Part shown: piece by piece, positions 30,497-32,000 of the stretch
How the letters are laid out: the number at the start of each line of letters is the position of its first letter
Position numbering within the stretch: the stretch's first letter is position 1
Assembly: GCF_013365435.1 (NCBI RefSeq)
Contig: NZ_CP046577.1
Span: 660,001-692,000, forward strand
Source of the DNA: Wolbachia endosymbiont of Litomosoides sigmodontis
GTDB lineage: Bacteria > Pseudomonadota > Alphaproteobacteria > Rickettsiales > Anaplasmataceae
Length of the DNA stretch: 32,000 nucleotides
Reading direction: 5' to 3'
Translations under genes and position numbers: made by a program
Notes under the pieces: generated by a model
The model's input: only the letters and a program-made list of their open reading frames with translations
Databases searched by the model: none
What the model was told of the DNA's origin: nothing

Positions 30497-31016
30497 ATAA
30501 TACTAATTTTTACTGTTAATAGGTTAAATAAGTGATACTGCAGAATTGTTTAATTGCGGTGTAAAAAAGAGAAGTAATAAATTTACACAAAGCGCTCTCA
30601 AGCAAAGTATTTATTACAGACTTTATTACGTAAAATGTTCTGCTTTATGTAGAACTAAAGTCTCTCAATAGGATTGAACTCAGGTAGGTATATAATCTCA
30701 ATATCTTTAGATGCATTTAAATCTTTTGACTTATTTTACTAGCGCAACCCATGTCAAGAAAGACCTCTTGTATTCTTAAATATTGCAATATTTATTTAAA
30801 AGATATATTCATATAGTCAGTGTTAACATTTGGTACAAATAAGTTAGAACTCTTTTCATTTTTATGATTAACTGCACTATAGAGATAAAAATTTTGTCTA
30901 CCTAATTTTACTCTAACCTGTGTTTTAACGTTCTTTTAAAACCATTAGTGTCCAACTTTTAAATGTATGAAAATCGTGATTTATCGAGGGAAAATAACTC
31001 TTGTTCAGAAGATTTA
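30497..31016 (-). pseudogene. IS630-family transposase pseudogene, middle plus 3' part (left arm of block R6)
   Basis: The reverse strand runs from PEQELFSLDKS (about 31008) through ...NTDYMNISFK..., KDIEIIYLPEFNPIERL* and the tail, to IR-R (cacttatttaacctattaacagtaaaaattagtattat) at about 30497. It is the inverted counterpart of about 31497-32000. Confidence 0.82.
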
Positions 31017-32000
31017 ACTGAAGTAAGTAAAGTAACAAGGTTTAAATGGCGTTGAAACCAAAGTTATCAAATAAAAAAGTTGTGAAATCAGTAAAAGGAA
31101 CACCGAAGAAAGTGCGAAATAACATATATGTACAAAAGAACTAAATGCTATAATTGCAGCAAAAAAACACAGTATACTAGCTGTAGTAAAATGGATAAAA
31201 TATTTTAAATTCAGAAAAGAAGAAAAATTGTTCACCTCTTTTAATTTCATAGAAAAATTAGATTTAAATCTAAGTCAATTTAAACAAGTTAAAGTATAGA
31301 TACAAAAAAAACCTAATGTTACCATTAAAGAAGTGGGAATAAGAATTCAGGAAAAATTTAGCTTGAATGTCAGTAAGCCTGCAGTAATATGTAAAAATGA
31401 AGTTTTCATATATTACATCAAGATCAATTTACAATGAACAAGATAAAAGTAGGAAGAAAGAGTAAAAAAATTTAATGAGACTATTGGTAAGTATCATAAA
31501 TAAGAGTTATTTATCCTTGATAAATCGCAATTTTTCACCTATTTAAAAATTGGACATTAATGGTTTTAAAAGAGCGTTAAAACACAGGTTAAAGTAAAAT
31601 TAGGTAGACAAAATTTTTATCTCTACAGTGCAGTTAATCATAAAAATGGAGAGAGTTCTAACTTATTTGTACCAAATGTTAACACTGACTATATGAATAT
31701 ATCTTTTAAATAAATATTGCAATATTTAAGAACACAAGAAGTCTTTCTTGACATGGGTTGCGCTAGTAAAACAAGTCAAAAGATTTAAATGCATCTAAAG
31801 ATATTGAGATTATATACCTACCTGAGTTCAATCCTATTGAGAGACTTTGGTTCTACATAAAGCAGAACATTTTACATAATAAAGTCTGTAATACAATACT
31901 TTGCTTGAGAGCGCTTTGTATAAATTTATTACCTCCCTTTTTCACACCGCAATTAAACAACTTTGCAATGCCACTTATTTAATCTAATAATAATGAGAAT
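31017..32000 (+). pseudogene. IS630-family transposase pseudogene, near full-length (right part of block R6; runs to window end)
   Basis: The forward strand runs from actgaagtaagtaaag / ATGGCGTTGAAACCAAAG (MALKPKLSNKKVV...) through the HTH-like region, SYLSLINR (decayed DE motif region) and IFISTVQLIIKME. It continues with KDIEIIYLPEFNPIERLWFYIKQNILHNKV and the start of IR-R (cacttatttaatctaataataatgagaat). Stops and frameshifts occur throughout. By comparison with 26440-26476, the element probably ends about 15 bp beyond the window. Confidence 0.85.

Noticed and set aside
10503-32000. Whether the many repeats constitute a CRISPR array or other short-repeat system.
   Set aside because: The repeats are hundreds of bp long, occur in both orientations, and translate to IS630-type transposase fragments. 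There are no regularly spaced short direct repeats with unique spacers, and no cas-like genes.

Overview
AT-rich alphaproteobacterial chromosome segment. Gene content and protein sequences (RpoB, EF-Tu) look Rickettsiales/Anaplasmataceae, Wolbachia-like; this is my recognition, not a database hit. About 80% is ordinary housekeeping DNA. On the minus strand lie the conserved cluster tRNA-Tyr/tRNA-Gly/tuf/tRNA-Trp/secE/nusG/rplK/rplA/rplJ/rplL/rpoB(partial), then carA, fmt, rplT, rpmI, ihfA, map, ftsA, purK, topA, tRNA-Ser and mnmE. On the plus strand lie def, a family-4 uracil-DNA glycosylase, apaG, trhO(yceA) and a SurA-like chaperone. The remaining ~20% (about 6.4 kb by my hand-mapped boundaries) is five blocks of dead IS630/Tc1-mariner-family transposase sequence, all sitting in gaps between the genes called here. 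Four blocks are head-to-head nested pairs that form 1.3-1.5 kb imperfect palindromes. Within each block the two inverted arms share block-specific variants and lesions. I see two further likely pseudogenes: a MerR-type regulator just downstream of ihfA, and an iron(III)-type ABC permease between apaG and trhO. nusG carries an in-frame, diverged tandem duplication of its NGN-domain region. I found no CRISPR array, no rRNA, no intact transposase, and nothing I can defend as a new defence, toxin or secretion system. The most unusual signals are the palindromic IS relics and the NusG duplication. IS and pseudogene boundaries are hand-aligned and approximate (about +/-30 bp).
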